Shown here: in pieces, positions 1-9,716 of the stretch | How the letters are laid out: every line of letters starts with the position of its first letter | How positions within the stretch are numbered: the stretch's first letter is position 1 | NCBI GenBank assembly: GCA_018819405.1 | Contig: JAHJQF010000001.1 | Coordinates: 290,097 to 354,096, forward strand | Length of the DNA stretch: 64,000 nt | Source of the DNA: Patescibacteria group bacterium | Lineage (GTDB): Bacteria; Patescibacteriota; Patescibacteriia; UBA1558; GWA2-36-10 | Direction of reading: 5' to 3' | Notes under the pieces: generated by a model | Told to the model about the DNA's origin: nothing | The model's input: the letters and a program-made list of their open reading frames with translations, nothing else | Databases searched by the model: none | Position numbers and translations under genes: made by a program

Positions 1-17
1 TTTGAAGGATTTTTAGA

Positions 18-46
18 TTGACAGGATAGAGTATTTATGCTATACT
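18..46 (+). promoter_or_regulatory. sigma70 promoter of the inverse-oriented cassette gene
   Basis: TTGACA-17 nt-TATACT with an extended TG. Confidence 0.7.
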
Positions 47-117
47 ATATTATTCACCAAAAATAGGCCAATTTCAGGCTATTGGTTGTGTTCCTCAAAC
101 TTGGAAGGAGTAACTTT

Positions 118-531
118 ATGAGTACCGCCGTTGTTTCTCAGGCCAGATTGTTCTGGCGTAAGCTTGGTTGGTGGCAAGCGTTGACCATCGTCGTGGTGCT
201 GGCCGCCTTCTTCATCGCCTTGCACTTGACGGGTCAGAAGGAATTGGCCGGACTGATCGCCGCTCTTGTTGTGGCCTTCATCATGTTTGTCAGTGGAGCT
301 TATGCCGCCTTCACAAATTCTCCGGCTCCGCTCATTCCCACCGCTGTCCTCGCTATTGGTGTTTTTACTGTCATGATCACTCAAGTCGCCATCCTCTTAG
401 TTGGTGTTGTAGGATTAGTTTTTATCATGCTTAACCTTGAAGTGAGACAGTATGGTATCAAGAAGAGAGTTGTCTGGCTCTCATCTACAGTGGAGTTCGT
501 CGCCATTCTCCTTCCCATTTTACTGGCCTAG
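118..531 (+). CDS. Multi-pass membrane protein; inverse-oriented cassette gene; paralog of 15114-15548
   Basis: ORF 82-531; ATG at 118 follows GGAAGGAG; hydrophobic helices; terminator-like hairpin at 547-580. Confidence 0.75.
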   Translation: MSTAVVSQARLFWRKLGWWQALTIVVVLAAFFIALHLTGQKELAGLIAALVVAFIMFVSGAYAAFTNSPAPLIPTAVLAIGVFTVMITQVAILLVGVVGLVFIMLNLEVRQYGIKKRVVWLSSTVEFVAILLPILLA

Positions 532-652
532 GCCAGCCCCTGCCACGAGACCCGGGTTAGAATAGGGTCTCTTCTTTTTTTCTCAAAAAATTCCCAAACA
601 AAAAACAATCTCTAAAAGATTGTTTTATAATATGAATAGAAAATTCGATTTC

Positions 653-1144
653 ATACAACAGACAAGCGTATGCGAAGTCGTGATTGAGCCTATGTGGTAA
701 AATTCGCGTAGCGACCACATAGGCGAAAGAACGATTTGGGTGAGCGGACTAAATATCTTCCATAATCATTTCTTCTACCGCACGTTGTAATTTAAATAAA
801 TCTATATTGTTTGTTTTAAAAGCAGGTGCAGGTTGATATACGGGATTTTTGAAATTAATTTTTTCTATATTTCCTTGCTCATCAAATTTAATATACCCTT
901 CTGTTAATGTGCTATCGGGGTCAACTCCATAATTATCTGATAAACCTTTGTGAAACTTAGAGGTTATAAATATAGTAAAATTTTCAGTAACAGAAAATAC
1001 CCAAGTCCGCTGTTCTCTATCAATATCTACTTTACGTAATTTTAATAGAGCCTTATAGTCTATTTTTTCTGGTGATGATGGATTTTCAAAATGTTCATTC
1101 ATAGTATTTTATTTAGTCCGCGAACCGCATACGCGGTGTTGGGT
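653..1144 (-). repeat. attC-like site 1 (492 bp, contains gene 749-1102)
   Basis: atacaac-agacaa-gcgtatgcg ... cgcatacgc-ggt-gttgggt; gene arm closed by gcggactaaata/tatttagtccgc. Confidence 0.8.
749..1102 (-). CDS. Hypothetical protein (inside attC-like loop)
   Basis: 117 aa ORF with AT-rich leader. Confidence 0.7.
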   Translation of the reverse strand: MNEHFENPSSPEKIDYKALLKLRKVDIDREQRTWVFSVTENFTIFITSKFHKGLSDNYGVDPDSTLTEGYIKFDEQGNIEKINFKNPVYQPAPAFKTNNIDLFKLQRAVEEMIMEDI

Positions 1145-1168
1145 GATGTACGACGAATTCCCAGAATT

Positions 1169-1570
1169 TTATTTATTAAAAGTTTGTTTTATTCTTTTTG
1201 CTATTTCTTCAGGATATAATAGAATATTATCTAAATTATCTAATTTTATCCATTCCAAATTATATTGGTTATTTGGATTATTTCTTCCAGTTTCAGGCCA
1301 ACCTAATTTAATTTTTCCTTCAAATGTTTTAGCTAAGAAATAATATCCGTAATGGTGCTCATCTTTATATTCCCAAAGTAATTTATCCAAAACTATGTCT
1401 AAATTAGTTTCTTCTTTTATTTCTCTAATAGCGGTTTCTTCAGATTTTTCGTTTTTTTCTATTGTTCCTCCAGGAAATGCATAATACTCGTTATCATTTT
1501 TAATTCTATGTATTAAAAGAATTTTTTCATCTTTGATTATAATTACTGCTGATCTTTTATGATATTGCAT
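1169..1570 (-). CDS. NUDIX hydrolase
   Basis: Nudix box GGTIEKNEKSEETAIREIKEETNL. Confidence 0.9.
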   Translation of the reverse strand: MQYHKRSAVIIIKDEKILLIHRIKNDNEYYAFPGGTIEKNEKSEETAIREIKEETNLDIVLDKLLWEYKDEHHYGYYFLAKTFEGKIKLGWPETGRNNPNNQYNLEWIKLDNLDNILLYPEEIAKRIKQTFNK

Positions 1571-1604
1571 AGTTTTAAAAAATTCTGGGAATGAGGAGTA
1601 TTTC

Positions 1605-2232
1605 GCCTAACAGACAAGCGTATGAGAAGTCACGAGTGACTGGAGGTGATAGAATCGCACGGAGTGCTATCACCGAAAGGAACGAGTGATTTGCGCGAAG
1701 AGAAATAAAGTTTTTGCTTAATTATTGACTAATTACTATATAAATGATAGGGTATTTTATTAGTTCTGGCTAGGCCAGAGTAGTTCATTACTCTAAACCT
1801 CTGAAAGGAGGTGAAAAATATGTCTTCCAATTTGGTTGGTTTGAAACTCGATGGCTACACTGTCCAGAAGGTGTTCGAAGTCTTCAGGGTCGACGAAGAC
1901 GGCATGAAGGTCAAGTCAGTCGACTTCTTCATGGACGGTGGTGTAGCCACAGCTTGGACTCAAGGTCTGGCTGACCGCCACTTCCACAAGACCGTCGAAG
2001 TGCTCGTCATCAGCAACGGTGAAAGCCATTTCCTTTTCGGAGGAGAGGAAGTCAACATCCACGATGACACGAGTGCCCTTCTTCAGGTTCGACAGAAGGC
2101 TCTGTCCAAGCTGACTTCGGAAGAACGGGCTGTACTCGGCCTGTGATCATTTGCCGCCTGGCCTGAAAACTGGGCGGCTCTTTTATTTTTTAAAAAACTT
2201 TATTTCTCTTCGCCTCATACGCGGTGATAGAT
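1605..2232 (-). repeat. attC-like site 2 (628 bp, contains + strand gene 1820-2146)
   Basis: gcctaac...gcgtatgag / ctcatacgc...gatagat; inner stem gcgaagagaaataaagttttt/aaaaactttatttctcttcgc. Confidence 0.8.
1820..2146 (+). CDS. Hypothetical protein with its own promoter, RBS and terminator (inside attC-like loop)
   Basis: AGGAGG upstream of ATG 1820; TTGACT near 1725; hairpin 2153-2178 followed by a T-run. Confidence 0.75.
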   Translation: MSSNLVGLKLDGYTVQKVFEVFRVDEDGMKVKSVDFFMDGGVATAWTQGLADRHFHKTVEVLVISNGESHFLFGGEEVNIHDDTSALLQVRQKALSKLTSEERAVLGL

Positions 2233-2251
2233 GATGACCAATTCCATGGCG

Positions 2252-3004
2252 TTATAAATTATTAATTTTTTTATAGGTAGCTATACCCGTACAATGAAGT
2301 TGTTGTCCATCTAAGACATGGTCATACTTTATATTATTATTAGATATATATTCTATTAGCCAATTTTTGATGTCAGTATTTATAAATTTTAATAAATATT
2401 TAGTTTGGTTGTTTATGAAATTTATTATCTGTAGTGTCTCAACTTTTTTGCGACCTCTTTCATCAATATATGTTTTTTCTGGTCCATTACTATTTATCAT
2501 AGCAAATGACAATGGTTTCGTTCCAAATATGACTATTTGAGATTTGTAATGAATTATTTTTTCTCTTTGTTCTTTTAATTTGAAAATCCATTTTTTATTT
2601 TTGTCTAATATTTTTTTTAATGCAATGTCTATAGTAGGTTTTTTTTCTAACGATTTATATAAATCATGTATACTCATTTCTTGGTCTTGCGGATGAGCAG
2701 GGCCTGTGGGGGTTTTTAGATTTCTGGTATTTTTTGGCAATGTCTGCCATATTATATAAGCTATATCGTTTAGTAATATTCTTTGTCTTATTATAAAACT
2801 TTCTAGATCAGCTGCTATATTATAGTGGTTTGGTTCGTTTTTGTTAGTTTCAGAAATTATTCGATCGTAGTATAAAAAAAGTCTAGATAGTGACCAAAAA
2901 ATAGCATTTGTATTGAAATAATAATGTTTTTTGAAGTGTTGAAAGCCAAAATTGGTAAGCACATCAAAAATTGGCAATTCTAAATATTCATTTTTTCTTA
3001 TCAT
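2252..3004 (-). CDS. Putative HEPN-family (Cthe_2314-like) RNase protein
   Basis: Helical protein with an Rx4H motif (REKIIH). Confidence 0.5.
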   Translation of the reverse strand: MIRKNEYLELPIFDVLTNFGFQHFKKHYYFNTNAIFWSLSRLFLYYDRIISETNKNEPNHYNIAADLESFIIRQRILLNDIAYIIWQTLPKNTRNLKTPTGPAHPQDQEMSIHDLYKSLEKKPTIDIALKKILDKNKKWIFKLKEQREKIIHYKSQIVIFGTKPLSFAMINSNGPEKTYIDERGRKKVETLQIINFINNQTKYLLKFINTDIKNWLIEYISNNNIKYDHVLDGQQLHCTGIATYKKINNL

Positions 3005-3024
3005 ATATAATGGAATTGGTTTTC

Positions 3025-3215
3025 ATCTATCAGGCTAGTGTATGCGAAGTTCTGCTTGAATTTTATGCTAAAATAGCACGGAGTGCAAGCATAAAATGAA
3101 AAGTAGAATTTGGGTGGAGCAGTGTTAGTTTAGTTTAAACTATATAAAAACAGATAAATATTACTTTACCTGTTCTTTGATATTGCTTCGCGAAACCGCA
3201 TACGCGGTGTTGGCT
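3025..3215 (-). repeat. attC-like site 3 (191 bp, gene-less)
   Basis: atctatc...gtgtatgcg / cgcatacgc...gttggct; near-duplicate of 14767-14957. Confidence 0.8.
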
Positions 3216-3221
3216 GATGTT

Positions 3222-4025
3222 TTAATTAAATTTTGTCTTTAATTCTTCCAAAGTTTTTCGCATTAATTCATCTGCTTTTTTGCTTTTTTCTTGTATTTCT
3301 TCAATGGAGTTTGTTTTGTATAAATCTTCGATTTCCTGAACAACTTCTGGTGGCAAATCAACTGACGCATGTTTAAGACCTATGTTTGGCCACTGCGGAG
3401 AATAAAGAAGCCTCAATGCTTCAATAAGTTTGTCTAAAATTAGATCGTGATATATTTTGAGCGCATCAAGATAGTTTTCTCGTTTTAATTCTCGTTCTAG
3501 ACACATGTTACGAAGAGAAACTCGGGCTTCAATATTTTCGATTTGAGCTATAATATTTTTGCGTTCATTTTCTTCGCTTCCTGATTCAGTTTCTAAAATA
3601 CCTTTTTTGTCGAACAATGTGGTTTTACCCTGTGCTTTTAATTTCGTAGAGTCAGAGTATGTTTGCAGAGTAATATCGATAATTAAAAATTTTGATGTGC
3701 CCTGCACATGATAAAGCATTTTGGGCCAATCATATCCAGGTCGTGTATGTTCAAGTTTAAAATCAATATTCGACAATGCGGCTTCTATCGTTTGAATAAC
3801 GCTTTCTATATTTTCGTCTTCTATGACAAGACGTACATCGATATCAGAATATTCGTCCACGGTACCATGTACATCTGCTCCTTCAAGAAAAAAAGCAAAA
3901 ACAGATGAATTGCCTTCAAGAGCGCTATGAAGCTGATCAATAATTTCTTTTCTCTTCTCTATTGTATTTTCTGGTTTTTGTTCGTTTTCTTGCCCTATGT
4001 TTATAGGTAACTCGTTCTTATTCAT
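3222..4025 (-). CDS. Pol-beta-fold nucleotidyltransferase (aminoglycoside/lincosamide adenylyltransferase-like)
   Basis: EGADVHGTVDEYSDID motif plus helical C-terminal domain. Confidence 0.7.
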   Translation of the reverse strand: MNKNELPINIGQENEQKPENTIEKRKEIIDQLHSALEGNSSVFAFFLEGADVHGTVDEYSDIDVRLVIEDENIESVIQTIEAALSNIDFKLEHTRPGYDWPKMLYHVQGTSKFLIIDITLQTYSDSTKLKAQGKTTLFDKKGILETESGSEENERKNIIAQIENIEARVSLRNMCLERELKRENYLDALKIYHDLILDKLIEALRLLYSPQWPNIGLKHASVDLPPEVVQEIEDLYKTNSIEEIQEKSKKADELMRKTLEELKTKFN

Positions 4026-4048
4026 ATTTAAAATTTAATTAATATTTC

Positions 4049-4383
4049 AGCTAACAGACGTGCGTATGCGAAGTCGTGACTGAGCGAATATGATAAAATT
4101 ATTTGAAATCATATTTGCGAAAGAATGATTTGGGTGAGCGAGCCCTTTTTATTATTTGTCTTTTTCTTCAGTAGGTGGCACATAAATAACATCTTTTTTA
4201 TTATTAGGATTTATGCCTTCGCTAATTAGGTAATCCTCGTGCTCTTTGTTAAGTTCAGAAACCTCTCTTGTAAAAATACGAAATCCGATATATGCCAGAG
4301 CAGGTACTATAGGTATAAGTAATTTCCAATCCATATTTTTTTGTTAATTATTTAGCTCGCGAACCGCATACGCGGTGATAGGT
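4049..4383 (-). repeat. attC-like site 4 (335 bp, contains gene 4152-4334)
   Basis: agctaac...gcgtatgcg / cgcatacgc...gataggt. Confidence 0.8.
4152..4334 (-). CDS. Small protein with N-terminal TM helix (inside attC-like loop)
   Basis: 60 aa ORF that fills the loop. Confidence 0.6.
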   Translation of the reverse strand: MDWKLLIPIVPALAYIGFRIFTREVSELNKEHEDYLISEGINPNNKKDVIYVPPTEEKDK

Positions 4384-4409
4384 GATGTGATAAAAATTTT
4401 AATATTTTA

Positions 4410-5219
4410 TTACCAATAACCGTTTTGATTATTTTGCCTAGCATTCCTTTTTTTGAATTCTCTTTCTTCAATAGAATTATACAGCGCAGTTTTTAGGATT
4501 TTAATATCATTATTGTCTAGATAATTTAGAAAATCATCAATGGTCTTTTTTGATACAACATCAATTAGAAAATATTCTGGCTTGTCTTTATATGTGTATT
4601 CAACTTCAATTTCAAAATTATTTTTAATATCTTCATATTTATTACCATCACTAGCCGCTCGTTTAAATTTAGTGAAGTCAGGGACTAATATTAGTGGATA
4701 ATTTACAGTGTTGTAGTTTCCACCTCTTTTATTGGAGTAAAAGAGACTTGCATGCATGACTTCGTTTTTTGCTTTATCCAAGATCTTGTTATCATTTTCT
4801 GTACTAAATTCCTTTACGGCTTCATTATCTTTTAAATAATGGTGCATCTTATTTTCGTAATTTAGGTAAAAATCTTCTTGATTTTGAAGGATGGGATTAT
4901 TTTTTGCTAATTGTTTAGACTTTATTGGATCTTTATCTAAAAACCAAAATACTATATGTGGTTTAATATACTTACACTCTATTATTAATCTTATCGTTAA
5001 TGTCTCTGTAGAATTACTGAACATACCACCGCCAACTTGAATATTTTTTTCAGCAATTATATCAATTTCTCTAGGTTTATTTTCAACAGGATCATTATAG
5101 TGTGGGCTATTTGTCACTGTCCATTCTTTTTCTTCTAATAATTTTGAAATTGTTAAGTGAAAGTCATGTCCACTGTCTCCCATTATTTTTTCTATGATTT
5201 TACCAGTATCTTTTTCCAT
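4410..5219 (-). CDS. PD-(D/E)XK nuclease-fold protein
   Basis: PREIDIIAEK...LIIECKY motif. Confidence 0.65.
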   Translation of the reverse strand: MEKDTGKIIEKIMGDSGHDFHLTISKLLEEKEWTVTNSPHYNDPVENKPREIDIIAEKNIQVGGGMFSNSTETLTIRLIIECKYIKPHIVFWFLDKDPIKSKQLAKNNPILQNQEDFYLNYENKMHHYLKDNEAVKEFSTENDNKILDKAKNEVMHASLFYSNKRGGNYNTVNYPLILVPDFTKFKRAASDGNKYEDIKNNFEIEVEYTYKDKPEYFLIDVVSKKTIDDFLNYLDNNDIKILKTALYNSIEEREFKKRNARQNNQNGYW

Positions 5220-5236
5220 AAAATTTTTATTATTTC

Positions 5237-5708
5237 ATCTATCAGGACAGGGTATCCGAAGTTCCGAAGCGAATAGCGTGCTAAACTTTCTGCGAAGCAG
5301 AGCACGCAAATGAGCGAGGAATTTGGATGAGCGGGTAAGAAAAATTATCCTTATTAATTCCTAACAAATGAGCCTATTAAAGTAAGGATAGCCGTTATTG
5401 CATATAGAATAGAAAAGATTGTTCCGTGGGCATTTTTGATTTTCTTTTTTAAAATCAAATAAGGTATTATTTCAAGTATGAGTGTCATAAAAAGTATGCC
5501 AATAATGCCACCAAGTAATTGGAAGATATCCGAACCATTTATTGCCAGCGAAGCAATAACGGATATAATTAAGCCACTATATGCAAGGATTTTTACATAC
5601 ATAGGTGACTCTTTGAGGTTTAAATTTAGTCCCACTTTCATAATTTTATATTAATTATTTTATTTGTAAAATTTTTCTTACCTGCGAATCGGATACCCGA
5701 TGTTGGGC
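5237..5708 (-). repeat. attC-like site 5 (472 bp, contains gene 5354-5641)
   Basis: Covarying L boxes gggtatccg/cggataccc; gcgggtaagaaaaatt/aatttttcttacctgc. Confidence 0.8.
5354..5641 (-). CDS. Small 3-TM membrane protein (inside attC-like loop)
   Basis: 95 aa hydrophobic ORF. Confidence 0.65.
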   Translation of the reverse strand: MKVGLNLNLKESPMYVKILAYSGLIISVIASLAINGSDIFQLLGGIIGILFMTLILEIIPYLILKKKIKNAHGTIFSILYAITAILTLIGSFVRN

Positions 5709-5725
5709 GATGTACAGATTTTCCT

Positions 5726-6076
5726 TTAAATACCCCATTCTGATATTAGTTTTAAAATGGATGGCCATTGAGAAGTGAAGACCATAGCAATGATCACAAT
5801 TATCACACCTATAATGATTAAGCCGACGGGTCGTTCAAACCACGTTTTCATAGCATTCAAGTCCGACATAACCTTAGATGTTTTTATGTAGAGCGCAGGA
5901 TTGCTTCCAGAATTATTGATATATCCATTTGCTTTTAGAAACTCGTAGTAGATTTTTTGCGCATCACTACTACTTACATTTAAGCCATTTTGAAGGTCTT
6001 GAAAATTAAATCCAGCATCAGGTGTTTTTGAAACCCATTTAAGAATCTTTTTTATTGGAATATTTGCTATTTTCAT
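5726..6076 (-). CDS. Hypothetical protein, possible wHTH-like N-terminus and C-terminal TM
   Basis: 116 aa ORF. Confidence 0.65.
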   Translation of the reverse strand: MKIANIPIKKILKWVSKTPDAGFNFQDLQNGLNVSSSDAQKIYYEFLKANGYINNSGSNPALYIKTSKVMSDLNAMKTWFERPVGLIIIGVIIVIIAMVFTSQWPSILKLISEWGI

Positions 6077-6106
6077 AAATTACACAATAAGGAAAATCTG
6101 TATTTC

Positions 6107-6762
6107 GCCTAACAGACGTGGATTGCCGAAGTTGTGAGAGAGTGAAGTGGCTAAACTTTCGGCGGAGCCGAGCCACGAAACGAACGAGCAATTTGGATGA
6201 GCAAATTAATAAAAATATTTATTTAATACAAATAAACATTCAGGATGAAATTTTCCACCGTTGCTAATCATTTTTTTTATTTCCTCTTTTGTGAAAAATT
6301 GTACTTTTGTAACTTCATTAGGGTCAATATTAAATTCCCCATTATATTTTCCTTTAAAGAAAGTGCTAAAATGTTTGCGCCCATCATCAAGTTCAATGTA
6401 ATGTTTGCCCAATAATTCTAATTCAGTTTTGACACCAATTTCTTCAAAAAGCTCTCTTTTAGCACATCCAAAATAGTCTTCCCCAGAATCTACATGACCA
6501 CCGCCACTACAGTCCCAATAGGAAGGGTAGTTATAACTATTTTCCGAACGTAATTGGAGAAGAATTTCATCTTCATCATTTATAATCATAATATTAGACA
6601 CTCTCAAAATATCTGATTTTTTAGCAGACTTTCTATCGATTATTTTTAGTACTTTATCATTTTTGTCTACTACTTCTACTAGTTCTAATTTCATATTAAA
6701 TAATTAAGAGTTTTTTAATAAATATTTTTATAAATTTGCGAATCGGCAATCCTGTGTTGGGC
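6107..6762 (-). repeat. attC-like site 6 (656 bp, contains NUDIX gene)
   Basis: Covarying L boxes ggattgccg/cggcaatcc. Confidence 0.8.
6206..6694 (-). CDS. NUDIX hydrolase (Idi/YfcD-like), inside attC-like loop
   Basis: WDCSGGGHVDSGEDYFGCAKRELFEEIG. Confidence 0.9.
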   Translation of the reverse strand: MKLELVEVVDKNDKVLKIIDRKSAKKSDILRVSNIMIINDEDEILLQLRSENSYNYPSYWDCSGGGHVDSGEDYFGCAKRELFEEIGVKTELELLGKHYIELDDGRKHFSTFFKGKYNGEFNIDPNEVTKVQFFTKEEIKKMISNGGKFHPECLFVLNKYFY

Positions 6763-6802
6763 GACCCGATAGGGCGGAGCGAAGCGGAGAGTAAGTATTA
6801 AT

Positions 6803-7333
6803 TTATAATTTTATATTTTCTTTTATATCGCCAAGCGCTTTTTTGTGTTCTTCATATTTATTCTCCCAAAAATCAATATTGCTTAAAGCAAGTTGTTTAA
6901 TTGGCTCTTGTTTTATCCCGTCTTTCATAATGTTTTCTTTATTCCATTTAACTTGATTATTAAGATAATTTTCTGCAGTTAGGGAAAAATCGGAAAAAAA
7001 GTTTTTGAGTTTTGTAATATTTTCATGTTTGAGGAATTTATATACACTTCCGTCTTGTAACATGGAGTCTATTGAATAATTAAGAATTTTAGATAATTGA
7101 TAATATCCAAAATATCTAAATAGTATATCACCATTGACATGATTTCTATATACTTTAAATTCCTCAAGTATTTTTTCGACGTGTGTAATATTGTAGTCTA
7201 TTTCAAACCGGAAATTTTTTTTTCGATTTTTTTCACTAACTTTGTTTTTTATTACATCCAATAAGATATTTATTATACTGCCTGCAATTACACCGGCTAA
7301 TACCCCAAGGAACATATTCCAAAAAGTTTCCAT
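6803..7333 (-). CDS. Hypothetical protein with N-terminal TM helix
   Basis: 176 aa ORF. Confidence 0.7.
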   Translation of the reverse strand: METFWNMFLGVLAGVIAGSIINILLDVIKNKVSEKNRKKNFRFEIDYNITHVEKILEEFKVYRNHVNGDILFRYFGYYQLSKILNYSIDSMLQDGSVYKFLKHENITKLKNFFSDFSLTAENYLNNQVKWNKENIMKDGIKQEPIKQLALSNIDFWENKYEEHKKALGDIKENIKL

Positions 7334-7371
7334 ATTTTTTTATTAATAAAATTTAAATTAATACTTATTTC

Positions 7372-8404
7372 GCCTAACAGACAAGCGTATCTGATGTTTG
7401 TCCGCCACTGAATCTAAGCTGTGTGCTTTTTATATGATTGCTCTATAAGGGTCAATATATAAGAAGTTTCATCTTTAGGAGTTATTACAATTTCATAATC
7501 ACCATTTCCCCAATGGCCAATATTTGATACATCTTTAGCAATGCCCTTTGGATCATTTAGTTGTCCCTTTTTTAGATTTATCCAAATTTTAATCTTTGAT
7601 TTTTTTAGTTCAAAATCTACAAAATTTGTATCAGCAATAAATCCTATATAATATTTTCTTGGTCTTACAGTTATATTGTCAGATATGTTTAAAATTTTTT
7701 CCTTTATTTCTTCATATTTATTTTTTACCTCTTCCGGCAGACTTTCTAAATGTTTTTCTTCCGAGTAAATTTTTATTTCTCTGCTAACTTTTTCTACGAC
7801 ATCACTTTTAGAGCTTATTTTGTTTATTGATTCGCTAGATTCAGGGGATTGTAGTTGATTATATAATATTGTATTATTTTCAAATTTTGATATCTCCCAT
7901 AATTCAATTGGTAGATCCTTAAAATTTATTGCTTGTTTTTGGTATTTTGTAAATTCAGGGGAAATAAAAATTACACGAGATTGAGACCAGTCTACATCTT
8001 CTCGTTTTAAGCTCTGATTTTTACTTTCGTTATATTCAAGTATAAAATCAGCCTTGTTATTGAGTAATAAAGAAAGATAAGCATAACCTTGATCTATTAC
8101 GCTAAAATTTCTATCCTTTTTGTATTCTATTATAACAAAAGCCTTTAGTTCATTATCAAAGGCCAGCGAATCTATTCTCAATCCATTTAGAGCAACTTCT
8201 GACTTGATAAAATCTAAGGAAAAAATTTCATTAAGATTTTTTTCAGTTGTTGACTGTATTTCCCGCTCGTTTTTAAAAGCGGATTCTTTTATTTTTTTGA
8301 GATTTGTATGAGATGTATCAAATATTGGCATAGAAATATATTATTATATTATTAGCGGACAAATATGGGCGAAGCGTAGCGTAGCCAGATACGCGGTGTT
8401 AGAC
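7372..8404 (-). repeat. attC-like site 7 (1033 bp, contains gene 7414-8331 in arm 1)
   Basis: gcgtatctg/cagatacgc; atgtttgtccgc/gcggacaaatat. Confidence 0.8.
7414..8331 (-). CDS. NucS/DUF91-like endonuclease domain + DUF5655 domain protein (inside attC-like loop)
   Basis: RIDSLAFD...IIEYKKD; C-terminal [14 protein letters not shown]. Confidence 0.75.
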   Translation of the reverse strand: MPIFDTSHTNLKKIKESAFKNEREIQSTTEKNLNEIFSLDFIKSEVALNGLRIDSLAFDNELKAFVIIEYKKDRNFSVIDQGYAYLSLLLNNKADFILEYNESKNQSLKREDVDWSQSRVIFISPEFTKYQKQAINFKDLPIELWEISKFENNTILYNQLQSPESSESINKISSKSDVVEKVSREIKIYSEEKHLESLPEEVKNKYEEIKEKILNISDNITVRPRKYYIGFIADTNFVDFELKKSKIKIWINLKKGQLNDPKGIAKDVSNIGHWGNGDYEIVITPKDETSYILTLIEQSYKKHTA

Positions 8405-8824
8405 GCTGTTGTCCTCGTTTTCTTTATATGGTTTTTCCAACTTATTCATTTCGTCTATTAATTGTTCTTTACTAAAATTTGATACCTCTTTGTGTTTTCT
8501 TTGAATTAACAAACTAAATATTCCCATAATTAAGAACAACAAAAAAAGCCAATAACATAAAGTTTTATTTGGGTGGTCTTTTTCCAAAATTGTTAGCCCT
8601 CCTATTAGAGCGGATAAGGCTATACCAAAAAAAGCCGGCCCTAGAACTTGCCAAAGGCTTGTTGGTGATTTTATTTTATCTGCCATGTTTTTTAATCTAT
8701 TCCAATCAGGCCAAAACATAGGAAAGCCGCGCCTTGGTTCAGGTGATTTTATCTGACAAGATTCAGAAAATTCTAAATCGCTATCATTATTATTTTTTAT
8801 CTGGCTCTTCGGCATTCTTTTCAA
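8399..8824 (-). CDS. 2-TM membrane protein; its stop codon lies in the R'' box
   Basis: Two hydrophobic helices; TAA falls within GTCTAAC. Confidence 0.65.
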   Translation of the reverse strand: MKRMPKSQIKNNNDSDLEFSESCQIKSPEPRRGFPMFWPDWNRLKNMADKIKSPTSLWQVLGPAFFGIALSALIGGLTILEKDHPNKTLCYWLFLLFLIMGIFSLLIQRKHKEVSNFSKEQLIDEMNKLEKPYKENEDNSV

Positions 8825-9071
8825 TTAAATCAAGTTTTAAGGCATTAAAAAATAGGGTATTACCACAATTTCGGCACGTTGCATAGACTACAGGAGTTAT
8901 GTTTGATTTTCCTCCTATAACCATGTTGCCTCCATGGAATTCTCTTAACTCAAATATTATATCTGATATATCCCATTCATTGTGTTTGCAAACAGAACAG
9001 GCCTTTGGCGCTGGCCAAGATTCTTGCAGTTTTTCCAACAATTTTTTTTGTTGTTCTTTGTTTAATTTCAT
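8790..9071 (-). CDS. Zn-ribbon protein
   Basis: CSVC...CRNC. Confidence 0.7.
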   Translation of the reverse strand: MKLNKEQQKKLLEKLQESWPAPKACSVCKHNEWDISDIIFELREFHGGNMVIGGKSNITPVVYATCRNCGNTLFFNALKLDLIEKNAEEPDKK

Positions 9072-9101
9072 ATTTATATTTTATCATTAGAGGACAATTG
9101 C

Positions 9102-9610
9102 GTCTAACAGACAAGCGTATCTGAAGTTTTCTGCGAAACGAAGCTGTTATAATTATTGCGCGAAGTGGAGCGTAGCGCAAGAGCAGCGGAGTTGAGTAGA
9201 AAATTTGGGTGAAGTAGGAGAGAAAAAGCCTATTTTAAAGATATTGACATATTATAGATATTCTGGTATTTTATATTGTTCGTTCCCTGCATTATTCACC
9301 ACCAACCTAGTGAGGAGGACAGCTCATGTCAGTATCAGAGGAGAGGAAATTGCTCGAGAAGATCATCCGAGCGAAGGTTCGCTTGGAAGACATGAAGGTC
9401 GAGCACAAGGAGGCTTGCCCTGCCGAAGATCCATTGATGGCAGGACAGTGCACCTGTGGTGCCGATACCCTGAACGGCCAGATCAACGCCGTTCTCCGCG
9501 AACTCTCTCTCGACTAGTGGGACAGACTCAGTCCTGTCTCGGCGCTCTGCAACTGCGGGGCGCTTTTTTTTATTTTTCTCTCCTACTTCACCAGATACGC
9601 GGTGTTAGCT
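9102..9610 (-). repeat. attC-like site 8 (509 bp, contains + strand gene 9326-9517)
   Basis: Perfect 20 bp stem ggtgaagtaggagagaaaaa/tttttctctcctacttcacc. Confidence 0.8.
9326..9517 (+). CDS. Small His/Cys-containing protein with its own promoter, RBS and terminator
   Basis: TTGACA near 9244; GAGGAGG RBS; hairpin 9541-9571; HKEAC...CTCG. Confidence 0.65.
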   Translation: MSVSEERKLLEKIIRAKVRLEDMKVEHKEACPAEDPLMAGQCTCGADTLNGQINAVLRELSLD

Positions 9611-9716
9611 GATGTATTCCTTTTCTAGAATTTACTTTTTAAATATTTAAATTTCTTTTTTCAATTTGGGCGAAGGGCAGAGGGGATTAAGGGGTGAATG
9701 CCCGAGCCCAAAAAAG

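Noticed and set aside
79-434. ORFs 79-384 (-) and 168-434 (+), and similarly 15065-15535 (-)
   Set aside because: These are shadow frames of the membrane genes, which have the promoter, RBS and terminator.
8977-9612. ORFs 8977-9180 (-) and 9205-9612 (+)
   Set aside because: They run through attC-like structure or overlap better-supported genes and have no RBS.
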